Shown: one piece after another, positions 24,200-38,380 of the stretch
Layout of the letters: every line of letters starts with the position of its first letter
How positions within the stretch are numbered: position 1 is the stretch's first letter
Source: Octopus sinensis
Taxonomy: Eukaryota
Length of the DNA stretch: 64,000 nucleotides
Direction of reading: 5' to 3'
Assembly: GCF_006345805.1 (NCBI RefSeq)
Contig: NC_043024.1
Coordinates: forward strand, 6,262,001-6,326,000
Made by a program: the position numbers and the translations under genes
The notes under the pieces: model-generated
What the model saw: the letters and a program-made list of their open reading frames with translations, nothing else
Told to the model about the DNA's origin: nothing
The model's database searches: none

Positions 24200-25210
24200 A
24201 TTAGAGTAAAAGAAAACAACATAGCATGCTATGTAAAAAATGCCACAAAACTGCTACTATTGGAAGTAAGAAGGTCAAGTTTGTGTTGGATGGAAGATTG
24301 CAAAGAGAAAGCACTGTACAAACACTTGAAAATGAATGAAACTGGAAATAGGTGGATAAAGAAAAGAATACATGTACAATTTCATGGGGATGTTGGAGAT
24401 AAGACAGACAGAGAAAAAAGATGGCTATGAATGACTAAATGTGATTTACAACCCAGAAACGGAGGCTTTAATCTGTGCTGCCCAAGAGCAAGCATTAAGA
24501 ACTAATTATATCAAATACAGAATAGACAACACACCAGAAAGTGGTAAGAGTAGAATTTGTGGACAAAATGGTGAAGCCATATGGCATATTATCACTCAAT
24601 GTATGCCACTAGCTCAGAAAAAATATGAGACATCACGACAATATAGACAGGCTTATCCATTGGACACTTTGCAACAAGTATGGACTTGACAGAGTAAAAA
24701 AGTGGTACAAACATAAACCCAAAGGCATCATAAAAAATAATAATGCAAAGATGCTATGGGATTTTATGATTCAGTACGACCATGAGATAGAGAATAGGAA
24801 ACCAGACATAGTGTTAATTGAGAAAGAAAACAAACTGTGCTGGATCAAAGATATAGCATGCCCAGCTGACAACAAGGTATACGATAAGGAAGAAAGAAAA
24901 GTTAAGAGATATGACAGGTTGGCTTGGAAGGTTAAGCAGTTGTGGTTGCTGAAAAAGGTGGTAGTAGTACCAATAATTGTCAGAGCCCTGGGAACAGTGA
25001 GTAAAATTCTTGAGAAGTACATGGAACAAATAGGGGCTGCAATAAGGGTGGAGCACTTGCAGGAAACAGCACTGCTTGGAACCACTCGAATACTCCAGAT
25101 GGTGCTCAAAAAATTAGGGGTGTTAACTTAGTTCACTGATAGTGAACAGTTAACACCATGGTACAACTGCAGTGTTAGAAGCTGTGCAAAGACAATAAAA
25201 TAATAATTTG
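24200..25210 (+). pseudogene. 5'-truncated R4/Dong-clade LINE: zinc-knuckle remnant, restriction-like endonuclease and 3' UTR ending in TAA repeats
   Basis: ORFs 24441-24689 (ETEALICAAQEQALRTNY...RICGQNGEAIWHII..C) and 24625-25131 (LWDF...RKPDIVLI...IKDIACP...KVKRY...VVPIIV.ALG) are frameshifted. Confidence 0.88.
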
Positions 25211-25615
25211 GCAAAAGAATTTTATAAGCTCAGAAAAAGTTACAATACCAATGCTTGGAGCACTTGGAATGATCAAAAAAGGAACTGAAAATTCTTTGAG
25301 GATGATCCCTGGCTTACCATCCATATAGGAAGTGCAAAAGATTGTTTTAACTGGTAGGTCACACATATTGAGAAGGGCATTGTCCCTGTGAATTTTCTAT
25401 CCTTTTTACCCCATATTTTCTTTGTTCATTTTTGTTTTTCTTTTTGTTTTCCTTCTTTCCTCTGTCTTTCTTCCCCCTTTTTTCTATCCCATGACTTCGT
25501 AAATGAACACTCTATTGTGTTTATTTTGATGGCCTACCAATGTATACAGTGAGTTTCTTTGCCCTAGGTGTTGGGAGGACACTTGGAAAGAAATAGAAAC
25601 AGAATTGAAAGAAGA

Positions 25616-25620
<5 letters not shown>
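25211..25620 (+). pseudogene. Second R4/Dong-type 3' end (different subfamily) directly downstream, ending in (TAA)n
   Basis: Translates KVTIPMLGALGMIKKGTENSLRMIPGLPSI*EVQKIVLTGRSHILRRALSL*, typical of the R4/Dong C-terminus. Confidence 0.75.
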
Positions 25621-25665
<45 letters not shown>

Positions 25666-25679
25666 GTTTCAAATTTTTC

Positions 25680-26980
25680 CACAAAAGCAACCATTTAGGG
25701 AGGGCATAATTCGATTACATCGACCCCCAGTGTTTCACTGGTACTTAATTTATCAAGCCAGAAAGGTTGAAAGGTAAAGTTGACCTCGGCAGAATTTGAA
25801 TTCAGAACCTAATGGCAGATGAAATACTGCTAAGCATTTCGTTCAGCATGTTAATGATTTTGCCAGCTCACCACCTTTGTATAATAATAATAACAACAAC
25901 AGCAACAATAATGATAATAATAATAATCCTTTCTATTATAGGCACAAGGCCTGGAATTTGAAGGGAGAGGGATAATCAATCCCAGTGACCCTAGTACTTA
26001 ATTTATCAACCCCTGAAAGGATGAAAGGCAAAGTCAACCTTGGCGGAACTTGAACTCACAATGTAGCAACAGGCAAAGTACTGCTAAACATTTTGTCCAG
26101 CATGCTAATGATTCTGCCAGCTTGCTGCCTCAAAAACAATAATAATAATTATAATGATGATAATAATAATAATAATAACAATAACAACAACAACATTATG
26201 CCCTGATGCAGTACCAGGCAGTGACTCTCATGGCTTCTGATCTTAACTGATTGGAAGTGTTATCATGTACATTGTTTTGTCTTGGTATAAAAGATGGGCT
26301 ACAGCAAATATTCTGCTCAATACCACAGATTTGCTTGTCAGTTGTTTGACCTTAACCAGTTGAGCATGTTCCTTAGTGGCTGACGATATGTGCATCTCTG
26401 ATCACGAGCAGAAGTAGTGGGGGAGCATCATAGCCATGTGTTGAGAGGAAGTCTTAGAGGTTTGGATAATTCACCTTTGGAAACATGGGTGGTTCATTCA
26501 GCATCCTTAAACAATTCTTATTCAGGGACCTTTTGATCGGGATGAGCTACTCGACCAGAAGAAAATTCTAACTGAGCCCCACCTGCAAGATCATGCGCTG
26601 TTTATCTTGATATGAGATCACCATGTCACTCACATGGTTGTGATGCATGTGCCTGGTGTACCCTTATCAGATGGGCTTCGTATATTTTACCCCAGTGTCA
26701 CTTTGATGGCATGCACTGCTCTCTCACTCAATAATTATAATGGCAGTAATCCTATTCCTTTTCATTATAGGCATAAGTCTTGACATTTTGGGAATGGGGG
26801 GACCGGGGGAGATGATTAGATTGACCACGGTACGCAACTGGTATTTAATTTATTGACCTCGAAAGGATGAAAGGCAAAGTCGATCTCGGTGCAATCTGAA
26901 CTCAGAACGTAGCAACGGGCCAAATACCGCTATGCATTTCATCCAGTGTGCTAATGATTCTGCCAGCTCACCGCCTTGAT
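25680..26980 (-). mobile_element. Three SINE family B copies (about 25680-25880, 25930-26135, 26760-26980) in (TAA/CAA)n, flanking an unclassified repeat
   Basis: Family B motifs gaaaggatgaaaggcaaagtcgacctcggcggaatttgaactc (variant forms), all in the same orientation. Confidence 0.8.
26190..26732. mobile_element. Unclassified dispersed repeat (inverted partial copy at 63530-63722)
   Basis: 26440-26620 is the reverse complement of 63535-63722. Confidence 0.65.
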
Positions 26981-26995
26981 ACTACTACTACTACA

Positions 26996-27035
<40 letters not shown>

Positions 27036-27040
27036 ATAAC

Positions 27041-27078
<38 letters not shown>

Positions 27079-27079
27079 T

Positions 27080-27485
27080 ACTCTTTTACTCTTTTTCTTG
27101 TTTCAGTCATTTGACTGTGGCCATGCTGGAGCACCGCCTTTAGTTGAGCAAATCGACCCCAGAACTTATTCTTTGTAAGCCCAGTACTTATTCTATCAGT
27201 CTCTTTTTGCCAAACCGCTATATGACGGGGACATAAACACACCAGCATCGGTTGTCAAGCAATGCTAGGGGGACAAACACAGACACACAAACATAGACAC
27301 ACACATATATATATACATATATAAAATGGGCTTCTTTGAGTTTCTGTCTACAAAATCCACTCAGAAGGCTTTGGTCGGCCCAAAGCTATAGTAGAAGACA
27401 GTTGCCCAAGGTGCCATGCAGTGGGACTGAACCCGGAACCATGTGGTTCATAAGCAAGCTACTTACCACACAGCCACTCCTATGC
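27080..27485 (-). mobile_element. SINE family A, full length
   Basis: Complete head, body and tail. Confidence 0.9.
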
Positions 27486-27561
27486 TTAATAATACTGATA
27501 ATAATAATAATAACTATAATAATAGCAACAAAAATTATTATTATTATTATTATAATTATAT

Positions 27562-27630
<69 letters not shown>

Positions 27631-28044
27631 TGCATGTTGCAATGAAAGTGAAGCACTTGTACAAGTGGCACCAACATGTGCACGACAGAGGAACTGTTAT
27701 CCCTTCTGTGATACTCATTAAAAAAAGGAGTGTCTTAATTTGGGGTTTATATTTATACATAAACCCGGAAAAAGCAGTGAAAACTCGTCCCATCCTATTC
27801 CCTCTAAATTTTGCCTACATACTTAGCTTCTTATTTCCTCTTTTTTCTTTTGTTTTTTTTTTGGTTTTTTTTCACAGAAGGCAGCTACTAATAAAACAAA
27901 CAACAAAAGACATTCACGTTGTCACGATCAACAGAGGATTCATCAAGGTCACAGCAACAATAAACTATGCAGGGCCTGTCAGAACTGTCAACGATAAATT
28001 TGATAAAAACGGGTAAGAAATATTTAAACACACACACACACACA

Positions 28045-28084
<40 letters not shown>

Positions 28085-28182
28085 GCACACACAAACACAC
28101 AAATATATGCTAATATATATACATATGTAATGTATACATGTATGTATGTATATGTGTATATATATATATATGTATCTCTCTT

Positions 28183-28239
<57 letters not shown>

Positions 28240-28261
28240 ATATATATATATATACATATAT

Positions 28262-29186
28262 CTACATGATCTATATGCTGTGAGTCAATGGGCAGACAGA
28301 AACAAAATACAAACTGAATGAGGGAAAATTTGAGCTGATGAATTTTGGAAGAAATTCCTCACTAAAACAGCCATACTCTCTTCCTTCAGGGGAACCACTC
28401 ACAGCCTCTAACAATATCAGAGACCTGGGTGTAATTGCTGATGACGATCTCAGTTGGAGTGCACACATCAACAAGAAGGTCGATATAGCTCGTAGGATGA
28501 GTTCCTGGATCTTAAGAACTTTCCAGTCCAGAGAACAAGGTGTCATCATACCACTTTTCTCCTCCTTTGTACGGTCACACCTCGAATACTGCTGCCCACT
28601 GTGGTCTCCCCATACAAGACAAAACATCTCGAGGATTGAGTCACCCCAGAGGGCACTCACTAAACGAATTGAAGGCATGGCTGCTCTCGATTATTGGGAT
28701 CGCCTTAAAGCCTTGAAACTTTACTCTCTCCAGCGTCGCCGTGAGCGGTACATCATTTGTACGATGTGGAGAATATACCGCCAACTTTGCCCAAAGGACC
28801 TGAACATTAGCTTCATGGTTCATCCAAGACTGGGACCTCGGGCCATACGTCCCCTGCCCAATTCAAGATCACAGCATACATGTACACTGCAACATAATTT
28901 CTTTTCCTCAACAGGTCCTGCCCTATTTAACATTGTCCTGAAAGAGATCAAAGAGGAAAAGGATCCCATCAACTTTAAATGGAGTCTGGATAGATTCCTT
29001 CAAAGAATACCAGATAAGCCGCCCATAATTGGATACAACTCACCCAACAAGAACTCACTACTTGAATGGACCATAAACAAAACTTGACTTAAACAGGATT
29101 CGAATAATCCTATCAGGTGGTGCTATTAAGTTAGACATGGCCTGGACCAATCTTTGGTCGAAACATATCTAAGTTTATCTAAGTTT
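28262..29186 (+). pseudogene. 5'-truncated CR1-clade LINE (RT C-terminal region, ORF 28338-29087) with a (TATCTAAGTT)2 tail
   Basis: IRDLGVIADDDLSWSAHI...ILRTF...LFSSFVRSHLEYCCPLWSPH...IESPQRALTKRI...Y.DRLKALKLYSLQRRRERY is the CR1 pattern; short tandem 3' tail. Confidence 0.92.
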
Positions 29187-29211
29187 ATATATATATATAT
29201 ATATATATATG

Positions 29212-29252
<41 letters not shown>

Positions 29253-29293
29253 CAATAATAAATCTCTGAGCGAGATATAAACAGTAACTGCTC

Positions 29294-29401
29294 TATAACA
29301 TAAGGGGGATCAGCCATCTGAATGTGGCTAGGGTCAGGGCGGGGTACCCCACCACCCCGCCCTGACCCTAGCCACATTCAGATGGCTGATCCCCCTTATG
29401 T

Positions 29402-29405
<4 letters not shown>
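29294..29405. repeat. Perfect 52-bp inverted repeat with an 8-nt loop (GC-rich hairpin next to (TA)n)
   Basis: 29294-29345 pairs base for base with 29354-29405; loop accccacc. Confidence 0.95.
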
Positions 29406-29469
<64 letters not shown>

Positions 29470-29530
29470 GTATGCATATACATATATATATCTATATATA
29501 TAGATATATATATATGTATATGTATACATA

Positions 29531-29562
<32 letters not shown>

Positions 29563-29703
29563 CACACACACACACACACATATATATACACACACACACA
29601 AAGAATAAGTCCTGGGGTCGATTTGCATGACTAAAGGCAGTGCTCTAGCATGGCCACAGTCAAATGACTGTAACAAGTAAAAGAGAGCATATATATATAT
29701 ATA

Positions 29704-30467
29704 TGAGGTTGGGCTGAAAAGTTCCTAGGCTGACCATGAAATTGTGATGCTGCTGCTATGAATGCTTGCATTAATTTCACCTCTTCTCATTAATAACTGC
29801 ATTGTTTCTTTCCAGGTAAACTGACACCTGACTGTTCCAAGAAGACTTCAAAAGTAACTCGTAACGATTTCTTTTGAAAATCAACAAAATTTGGTATCAT
29901 GGTATTATGAAGTTACTGAGGAAAAAGGGCTTAACACCCCCTGCTGGATATTCATGCTGTCATGGCTGCTGCAGTAGGGGTTAATGTCCAGCTTGATCAA
30001 CAGTGCAAAAGTAGACAGCTGGATTTAGGTGGGGAAGGGAAGTCTTGAAGATGACCTCAGGTCTGGGTGTCCTGCGGCTGCCACACCATTGTGTTCATCA
30101 CATGATAATGACAGGCAACTGACTGTAAATCCAAAGGCCGATGCTATTAGCATATCCCACGAGAGAGTTGAGACTATTCTGCACAATGTACTTGACATGA
30201 TGACAGTTTCTACTTGGTGGGCATCATGTCATGTGATACTTTAACAAAAGCGCAGCAGGCTGATGACATCACAGGTAAATCCGACAGTGTTCGAAGCAGA
30301 TCCAGCTGGTTCCCTTGAGCGTTTCCTAAGCCATGGTGAGTGTGGTATTCATCATTATGAACCAGAGACAAAGAGACAATTCAAACAGTAGAAAAACCCC
30401 TCCTCATCAAGTCCCAAAGAAAGCCAAGGTTGTTTCATCAGCAGGGAAGATGATGGCAAACTCAAAG
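29704..30467 (+). pseudogene. Degenerate mariner element, 5' TIR and N-terminal to mid transposase
   Basis: TA + tgaggttgggctgaaaagttcc TIR; translated remnants SLEDDLRSGCP, ISISHERVETILHNVL, GIHHYEPETKRQ, KKAKVVSSAGKMMA. Confidence 0.85.
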
Positions 30468-30769
30468 GCTGACTTGGGCAGCTCAGTCACACAGGTGGCA
30501 CTGCCCACACTTGTGTCACAAGTGTAGGTGGCACACTACTCCATTGTCAGCCTCAATCAAGGCCAACAATGGACAATCACCAGTTGTTTGGGTAGGGAGG
30601 GTATTTAGGGGCTGAGATTAACTTATCTAAATCAATTAATACACAGAGGATTAATTACTCATGGACGACATCCACATAAAAAAAAACTAATTAAATTAGT
30701 ATTGATATATTTAATGAAGTGAGCAGCGAAGAACTAATTGAAAACAAGCCTACACATATTTTATCTTTT

Positions 30770-31260
30770 GCTTCTTTAAGCCATTAGACACTGGGGCACT
30801 GCCTTGAAGAATTTTTAGTAAAATGAATTGACCCAGGGACTTTTTAAGCTTGGTTAGTCTCTTTTGAATGGACCACTAAGTTACAAGAACATAAACACAC
30901 CAACACCATTTGTCAAGTGGTGGTGAGAGACAAATGCACACACACACGCATATATAATATATATATATACCCGAAACAGTAAGGACTTCTGGTAACTTGA
31001 CTGAGGAAAGAAGGCCACAAATGACCCATCTAATTGTTGCTTCACCTGTCCACCTTTGTATTGTCTATCTGTCCAAATGTTTTATTGTCCTCTATTGCGT
31101 TTTTGTTCCGTGTTATACATATGTACATACACATGATGGGCCTCTTTCAATATCTGTCTATCAAATCCACTCACAAGGCCCCCAAGGCTATATTAGAAGA
31201 CACTTGCTCAAGGTGCCATGCAGTGGGACTGAACCTGAAATCATGTGGTAGGAGATCAAA
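30770..31260 (-). mobile_element. Diverged, interrupted SINE family A
   Basis: Tail motifs at 30770-30950 and head motifs at 31130-31260. Confidence 0.7.
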
Positions 31261-32284
31261 CTTATCTAATATTGTACAAAGTGAACTAATAAGTCTCTCA
31301 CCACGACTTTGCAGAGAGACGATGCTAAAGTGAAAGCATCCAATGAGAGGCCTTTTGGCCCCATTTAAGAGAAGGGTCCAATCTTTGAGAAGCAGCCTCA
31401 GGCATTTCTGGCCAGCTGAATAAGTTCTCAGTGTTTGTAATTATGTGTAGCATGGCTTCCTTTTGTTTAAGATCAGATCAATTATCCGATCTCAATGTCT
31501 CAATGCGTCTTGCGCCTTTCCAATCAAAACTGACCAAGGACAGAACAACATCAGCAACTACTAATACTACTACTGCTGCTGCTGCTGCTACCCCTGCTGC
31601 TGCTGCTACTACTACTACTACTACTACAATTACTACTACTGCTGTTGCTGCCACCAAAACTACCATCACCACCACTGCTACTACCGCCGCCACCACCACC
31701 ACCACTACCACCACCACCAGCACTACTACTACTACTACTACTATAGCTGCTACTGCCTCTACTGCTACTACTACTGATGAAGGTGTGGCAAGATCATTAT
31801 TAAAAAAAAAATGCTTCTGAACAAGAATTTCAGGTTTTCCAAACAAACAAAGCAGTTCAGAGAGAGAGAACATTGTTAGAAAGATGTCTAGGTTTTCTGA
31901 CCTGTTTAGTTATTTATCTGTCTGCCTGCCTACTTGCCTGCCTGCATGCCTGTCTATCAATCTATCTATCTATCTATCATCTAGCTATCTACCTACCTAT
32001 TTATTTATGCATTTATCCATTCACTCACTCATCCATCTCAATCAATCAATCCGTCCACCCATCCCTCCCTCCATCCATCTATCTATCAATCCACTTATCC
32101 ATCTTATTTCTTTGAAAAATCTGTAGTGATAACATTAAAACGTGGTATTTTTAGATGTGTATAACTGTACACAAATCTATCAACCACTGCCAGAACATTA
32201 ACATATCAGTATGATCATAGCATTCTGTATATTGCTAAATCTAATTTAACATAATCTAATTTAACACATTGTTAATGAAGTGGA

Positions 32285-32670
32285 GCACTCTTTTACTTGT
32301 TTCGGTCATTTGACGGCGGCCATGCTGGAGCACTGCCTTTAGTCGAGCAAATCAACTGCGGGACTAGTTAGTACTTATTCTATCAGTCTCTTTTGCTGAA
32401 CCGCTAAGTTACGGGGACCTAAACACACCAGCATCGGTTGTCAAGTGATGTTGGGGGGACAAACACAAACATATACACACACACATATATATATATATAC
32501 ATATATACGACGGGCTTCTTTCAGTTTCTGTCTACCAAATCCACTCACAAGGCATTGGTCGGCTCGAAGCTATAGTAGAAGACACTTGCCCAAGGTGCCA
32601 CACAGTGGGACTGAACCTGGACCATGTGGTTCGTAAGCAAGCTACTTACCACACAGTCACTCCTACACCT
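32285..32670 (-). mobile_element. SINE family A, full length
   Basis: Complete head, body and tail. Confidence 0.9.
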
Positions 32671-32804
32671 ATCTGCATATAGAGATTTTGTTGAAATCAG
32701 TATACTTGAACGTTTACCTTTACAGAATCTATAATTAGTTTACCTCAAGATACTTTTGTGGTATTACATTTTCTGTATTAGCAAGATATAATATTGATTT
32801 CAAA

Positions 32805-33155
32805 TTTTGGTGCAAGGCCAGCAATGTCGGGGGTGAGGATAAGTGGATTACACTGACCCCAGTGCTCAACTGGTACTTATTTTACTGACCCTGAAAGAAT
32901 GAAAGGTAAAGCTCACCTTGGCAAAATTTGAACTCACAATGTAAAGACGGATGAAATGCCGCTAAGCATTTTGCCTGGCATGCTAACGATTCTGTCATCT
33001 CACCACCTTTCAAGAGCATATTGTTCTGATAGCTATATATATATATATATATAGCTGAACTGCTGAGTTACAGGGATGTAAACCCATCAACACCAGTAAT
33101 GATGGAGGGACAAACTCCACAGATACATGCGCATACATACATATACATATATGTA

Positions 33156-33198
<43 letters not shown>

Positions 33199-33320
33199 GA
33201 CAGGCTTCTTTCAGTTTCTGTCAACCAAATCCACTCACAAGCTTTTGGTACGCCGAGGTTAGAGACCTGCTCAAGATGCCACACAGTTGGGAAGCAAGCT
33301 TCTTATTGCCACATCTGCAT
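32805..33320 (-). mobile_element. SINE family B (32805-33010) followed by a diverged family A piece (33055-33320)
   Basis: Family diagnostic motifs. Confidence 0.75.
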
Positions 33321-34554
33321 CCAGCTATTAAAATGATGATGATGGTGATGTTGGTGGTGGTGATGGTTGTGGTGGTGGTGATGGTTGTGGTGGTGATGAA
33401 TATCATGAAGATAGCAAAGATGAGGAGAAGGAAATGGAAGAGGAGATGGAGGAGGACAAGCAAGATGATGACGAGCAGGATGATGACGACAGCAATGGTA
33501 ACAAGGATAGTGGTGGTGGTGGAGGGAGTGATCAGATACTGATGCTGGCTGATGAAACAGACAAGTGACGACTGTGATGATGATGACAACGACGAAGATA
33601 GCAGTAATAATGATAGTATTTTATCAACCCTGAAAGGATGAAAAGCAGAAATTAATTTCAGTGGGATTTGAACTCAGGCCATAAGGGACTCCACAGAAAC
33701 ACCACATGGTATTTTGTTCGACGTTCTAATGATTCTGGCACTCCACTGCTCGCTCTTATTCACCCATTCTTAACTCATTCCTTCTCTCTCTCTCTATCTC
33801 TCTCTCTCTTTCTCTCTCTCTTTTTCTCTCTCTCTCTCTCTCTCTTTCTCTCCCTCTCCCCCTATCTTTCTTTCTCCCCCTCTCTCTCCTTTGCGTTGTG
33901 TCTTTCTCCAAAAGAAATTCACATAATTTCAAAACAAATCCGGCCACATCTTTCGTGTCTTAATTGGCGCCAGTGAAACATACCCAACACTCCACTAACA
34001 TCACCACTACCATGACCACCACTGCCATCCTTGCCATTTATCTATAAAATTATTGTTTCAATAAAATGACTATTTTGATAAAAAAACTATTTTGACAAAG
34101 AGTAATTTTGATGAAATGTCGCTTTGATAAAAAACCATTTAATGAAAAGTGAAATTGTCCCCCAAAATATGGTGGATGTTCATATATAACAAGATAGAAA
34201 TGAAAAAAATCTATATGATGGACAAAAGCTAGCAAGTTATTTCACTTATTTACACATATAAGCGGAGGTACGGCTGTGTGATAAGATGTTTGGTTTCCAG
34301 CCACATGGCTCTGGGTTCAGTCCCACTACATAGATCATTTTACAATAGCCTCAAGGCAACCAAAGCCGTGTGAATGAATTTGGTAGACAGAAACTAAAAA
34401 AAAGCCTGTTGCTTGTATGTGTGCATATATATATATATATATATTTCATTCCATAATGACTATCTCTGATGAGCACAGTGTTACATAATCGAGCTGTTAC
34501 CTAACACTCTGTTAAATCCCTTGTGTGAAATCAATTGTAAGATAGGCTATAATG

Positions 34555-35630
34555 GATATACAATACTGTACACTTCAACAGAAAATAGATTCCATCAACT
34601 GCCAGGTGGGTAAGCCAGAGGTAATAGATTGCTTCTGTTATCTAGGTGACCAAGTTAGTAGCAGAGGCAAGAGCTCCGAGAGTGTAGCTGTGAGAATAAG
34701 ATTAGGCTGGGCAAAGTTCAGAGAGCTTCTACCCCTGCTGGCAGCAAAGGACCTCTTCTTCAGAGTGAAAGGCAGATTGTATGATGCCTGAGTGTGAACA
34801 GCCATGCTACATGGCAGTGAAACATAGGCTGTGACAAGGACATGTGTAGGGTTGAAAGACATGAAACCAGTATGCTTCACTGGATGTGCAATGTCAGTGT
34901 GCATGTACAACAGAGTGTAAACATCTCAAGAGAAAAGTTGGACATAAAAGGAATCAGATGTGGTGTGCAAGAGAGATAACTGTGCTGGTCTGGTCATGTG
35001 ATGCATGTGGACATAAATCTGTAAAGAAGTGCTGATCTCTAACTGTGGAGGGAACCTGTGGTAGAGATAGACCCAGGAAGACATGGGACGAGGTGGTGAA
35101 ACATGATCTTCAAACCTTAGGCCTCACAGAGACAATGACTAATGACCAAGACCTTTGGTGATATACTGTGCTTGAGAAGACCTATCAAGCTGAGTGAAAT
35201 CGTAGTTGTGGATGATTCTGGTGTCACATAACTGGCACCCATGCAGGTGGCATGCAAAAAGCACCTATTGAGCGTTGGGCCTCACAGAAGCAGAGTGGCT
35301 GATGCCAGTGGCACGTGAAAAGCTCTTTTTGAGTGTTGGGCCTCATGGAGGCAATGACCGAGACCTTTGGCATTTTGTCGTGCTTGAGAAGGAGACCCAT
35401 CAAGCCAAGTAAAATCGCAGTCATGGCTGCAAATGGCACCCATGCTGGTGGCATGCAAAAACACCCATTACACTCTCGGAGTGGTTGGCGTTAGGAAGGG
35501 CATCCAGCCATAGAAGCCATGCCATACCAGACTGGAGTCTGGTGCAGCCTTCCAGCTTGCCAGCCTTGGTCAAATCGTCCAACTCATGCCAGCATGGACA
35601 ATGGACGTTAAGTGATGATGATGATGATGA
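34555..35630 (+). pseudogene. 5'-truncated RTE-clade LINE (RT C-terminus, 3' UTR, (GAT)n tail)
   Basis: EVIDCFCYLGDQVSS...VRIRLGWAKFRELLPLL...RVKGRLYDA...AMLHGSET...SMLHWMCNV...LCWSGHVM, with stops and frameshifts. Confidence 0.88.
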
Positions 35631-36268
35631 TGATATATATATATATTTATATATATATATATATATATATATGATGATGATATTATATATATATATATGT
35701 GTGTGTGTGTGTATATATTCTTTCTTTTATCCTTTAATGTTTCATGCTGGAGCACTGTGTGTGTGTGTCTGAATTTGTTTCTCATCAACACTTTACAACC
35801 TGTGCTGGTATGTTTACATCCCTCTAACTTAACAAATCGGCAATAAAAGACTAATAAAATAACTACCAGGCTTAAAGAGAAAAATAGGTCCTGGTGGGTG
35901 GGGTCAATTCATTCGACTAAAAATTCTTCAAAACACTGCCCCAGCATGGCCACAGTCCACTGACAGAAACAAATAAAGGAATGAAAGCATAAAAGAATTG
36001 AAATTTTGTCGAATGAAAATGTTAGCTTGAATTAAAGTTGAGGAGAATTAATGAGGGAAAATACATTTTGCTGATAAAAATGCTGAGAATATTGGGACGA
36101 AGAATATTAACAATCGTCTAGAATTAGAGAATTGGTTTATTTGTGGCCATAGAACACACGCACACACACACACAGAATCATATATAGAAAAGAAAAGTAA
36201 GAAATACACACACACATATATAGTTATATGAAAATAGAAGAGCGTATAAATTTATATGAGCGTGTGTG

Positions 36269-36316
<48 letters not shown>

Positions 36317-36799
36317 TACATACATAAACGGTGGTGCATCAGCATGGCCACAGCTCTGAGCTGAAACTACAGAGAAAAAAATATATATATAGACACACAC
36401 ACACACACACACACTCTTTTCTGTTTTCATATATGTATATATATATATATGTGTTACTTTCCTTTTCTATATATACAATACACACACATACACACACATG
36501 TATACACATAGATATATATACATACATACATGCATACATATGTGTATGGATGTGTGTGTGTGTGTAATATTTGACAATCTACCAACTACAACAGAGTTGT
36601 CTAGACAACAGAAATTATATGAAAATAGCAGCCATTTTAATGAAATGGTTTCTATGTAACACTTACGGCCTTTGGAATAATAAGGCAAATATACAAACAA
36701 CCAGCAATTAGAAAGTACACGAAAAACAAAATATAAGCCTGTGCACGCGCGCACACACACACATACAGAGTTAGATAGCTAGCTAGATAGATAGATGGA

Positions 36800-36832
<33 letters not shown>

Positions 36833-36844
36833 TAATATATATAT

Positions 36845-36884
<40 letters not shown>

Positions 36885-36909
36885 TATATGTATGTATATA
36901 TATATATAT

Positions 36910-37320
36910 ATCTCCTTTACTCCTTTAGTTGTTTCAGTCATTTGACTGTGGCCATGCTGGAGCACTGCCTTTAATCGAGCAACTCGACCCCGGGACTTAT
37001 TCTTTTGTAAGCCCAGTACTTATTCTATCGGTCTCTTTTGCCGAACCGCTAAGTAACGGGGGCATAAACATACCAGCATCAGTTGTCAAGCAATGCTAGG
37101 GGGACAAACACAGACACACAAACACACACACGCATATATATATTTATACATATATACGACAGGCTTCTTTCAGTTTCCGTCTACCAGATCCACTCACAAG
37201 GCTTTGGTTGGCCCGAGGCTATAGTAGAAGGCACTTGCCCAAAGTGCCACGCAGTGGGACTGAACCCGGAACCATGTGGTTGGTAAACAAGCTACTTACA
37301 ACACAGCCACTCCTGCGCCT
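36910..37320 (-). mobile_element. SINE family A, full length
   Basis: Complete head, body and tail. Confidence 0.9.
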
Positions 37321-37326
37321 ATATAT

Positions 37327-37360
<34 letters not shown>

Positions 37361-37409
37361 ATATATATAGATAGATAGATTGATATATATATATATATTA
37401 TATATATAT

Positions 37410-37472
<63 letters not shown>

Positions 37473-38272
37473 GATAAATAGACAGACAGACAGACAGATA
37501 GATAGTGTTACGAAGTGGTGTTTTCCACACTTATAATGTGTGGCCACTGTTGTGATTGTAGCTGTTGTATCTACTCTTGTAGTCATGATATTTTCTTGGT
37601 CTCAGATGGAGTGTATCTCTTTCTATACCAGAATGGTAATACACTGCTTCGTCTATCGTGCTGTCACTGATAGCTCTGCAAGACACTGAACTTGAACCAT
37701 CTACTTTGACTGTGATTCGAACTCGACTATAATACGTAACTGACGCTTAACACCAACTGAGAACTTGTACAACGACTCTACAACAACTGACACATAACTC
37801 CTGTGCTGATTGATGTTGTTTCACCTTATAATGACTGGTTCATACCACTTGTCTCATGAGAGGGGTGTACCATTTCCACTACAACAGATATATATATAGA
37901 TAGAGAGAGAGAGAGAGATAGATATAGATGCATATGTCTATACATATATGCGTATTATATATCTATCTCCCTCTCTCTCTCTATATATACAGTAATGTTT
38001 GTGGCCACTTCAACATGGCTACTCAGTTTGAATGGACGTTACTGTGCTTTTTTAACCCCAAGAGGACATTTCCTCTGGCTGATTTACGATACACACCTAC
38101 ATCTGATATTTGACTCCCCTGCTTGCAATTTATCAGATTCCTGGCTATTAATTGAAAGATTGCAGTAACATCCATTTGAACAGAACAGCCATGTTGGTGT
38201 GGCAACAAACTTTACTTGCCAGTACAGCTACTGTGTTCATCTTGTACAGAGATTCTACTATTAGCTTACTTG

Positions 38273-38317
<45 letters not shown>

Positions 38318-38344
38318 GTAATAGTAATAGTAATAATAATAATG

Positions 38345-38380
<36 letters not shown>

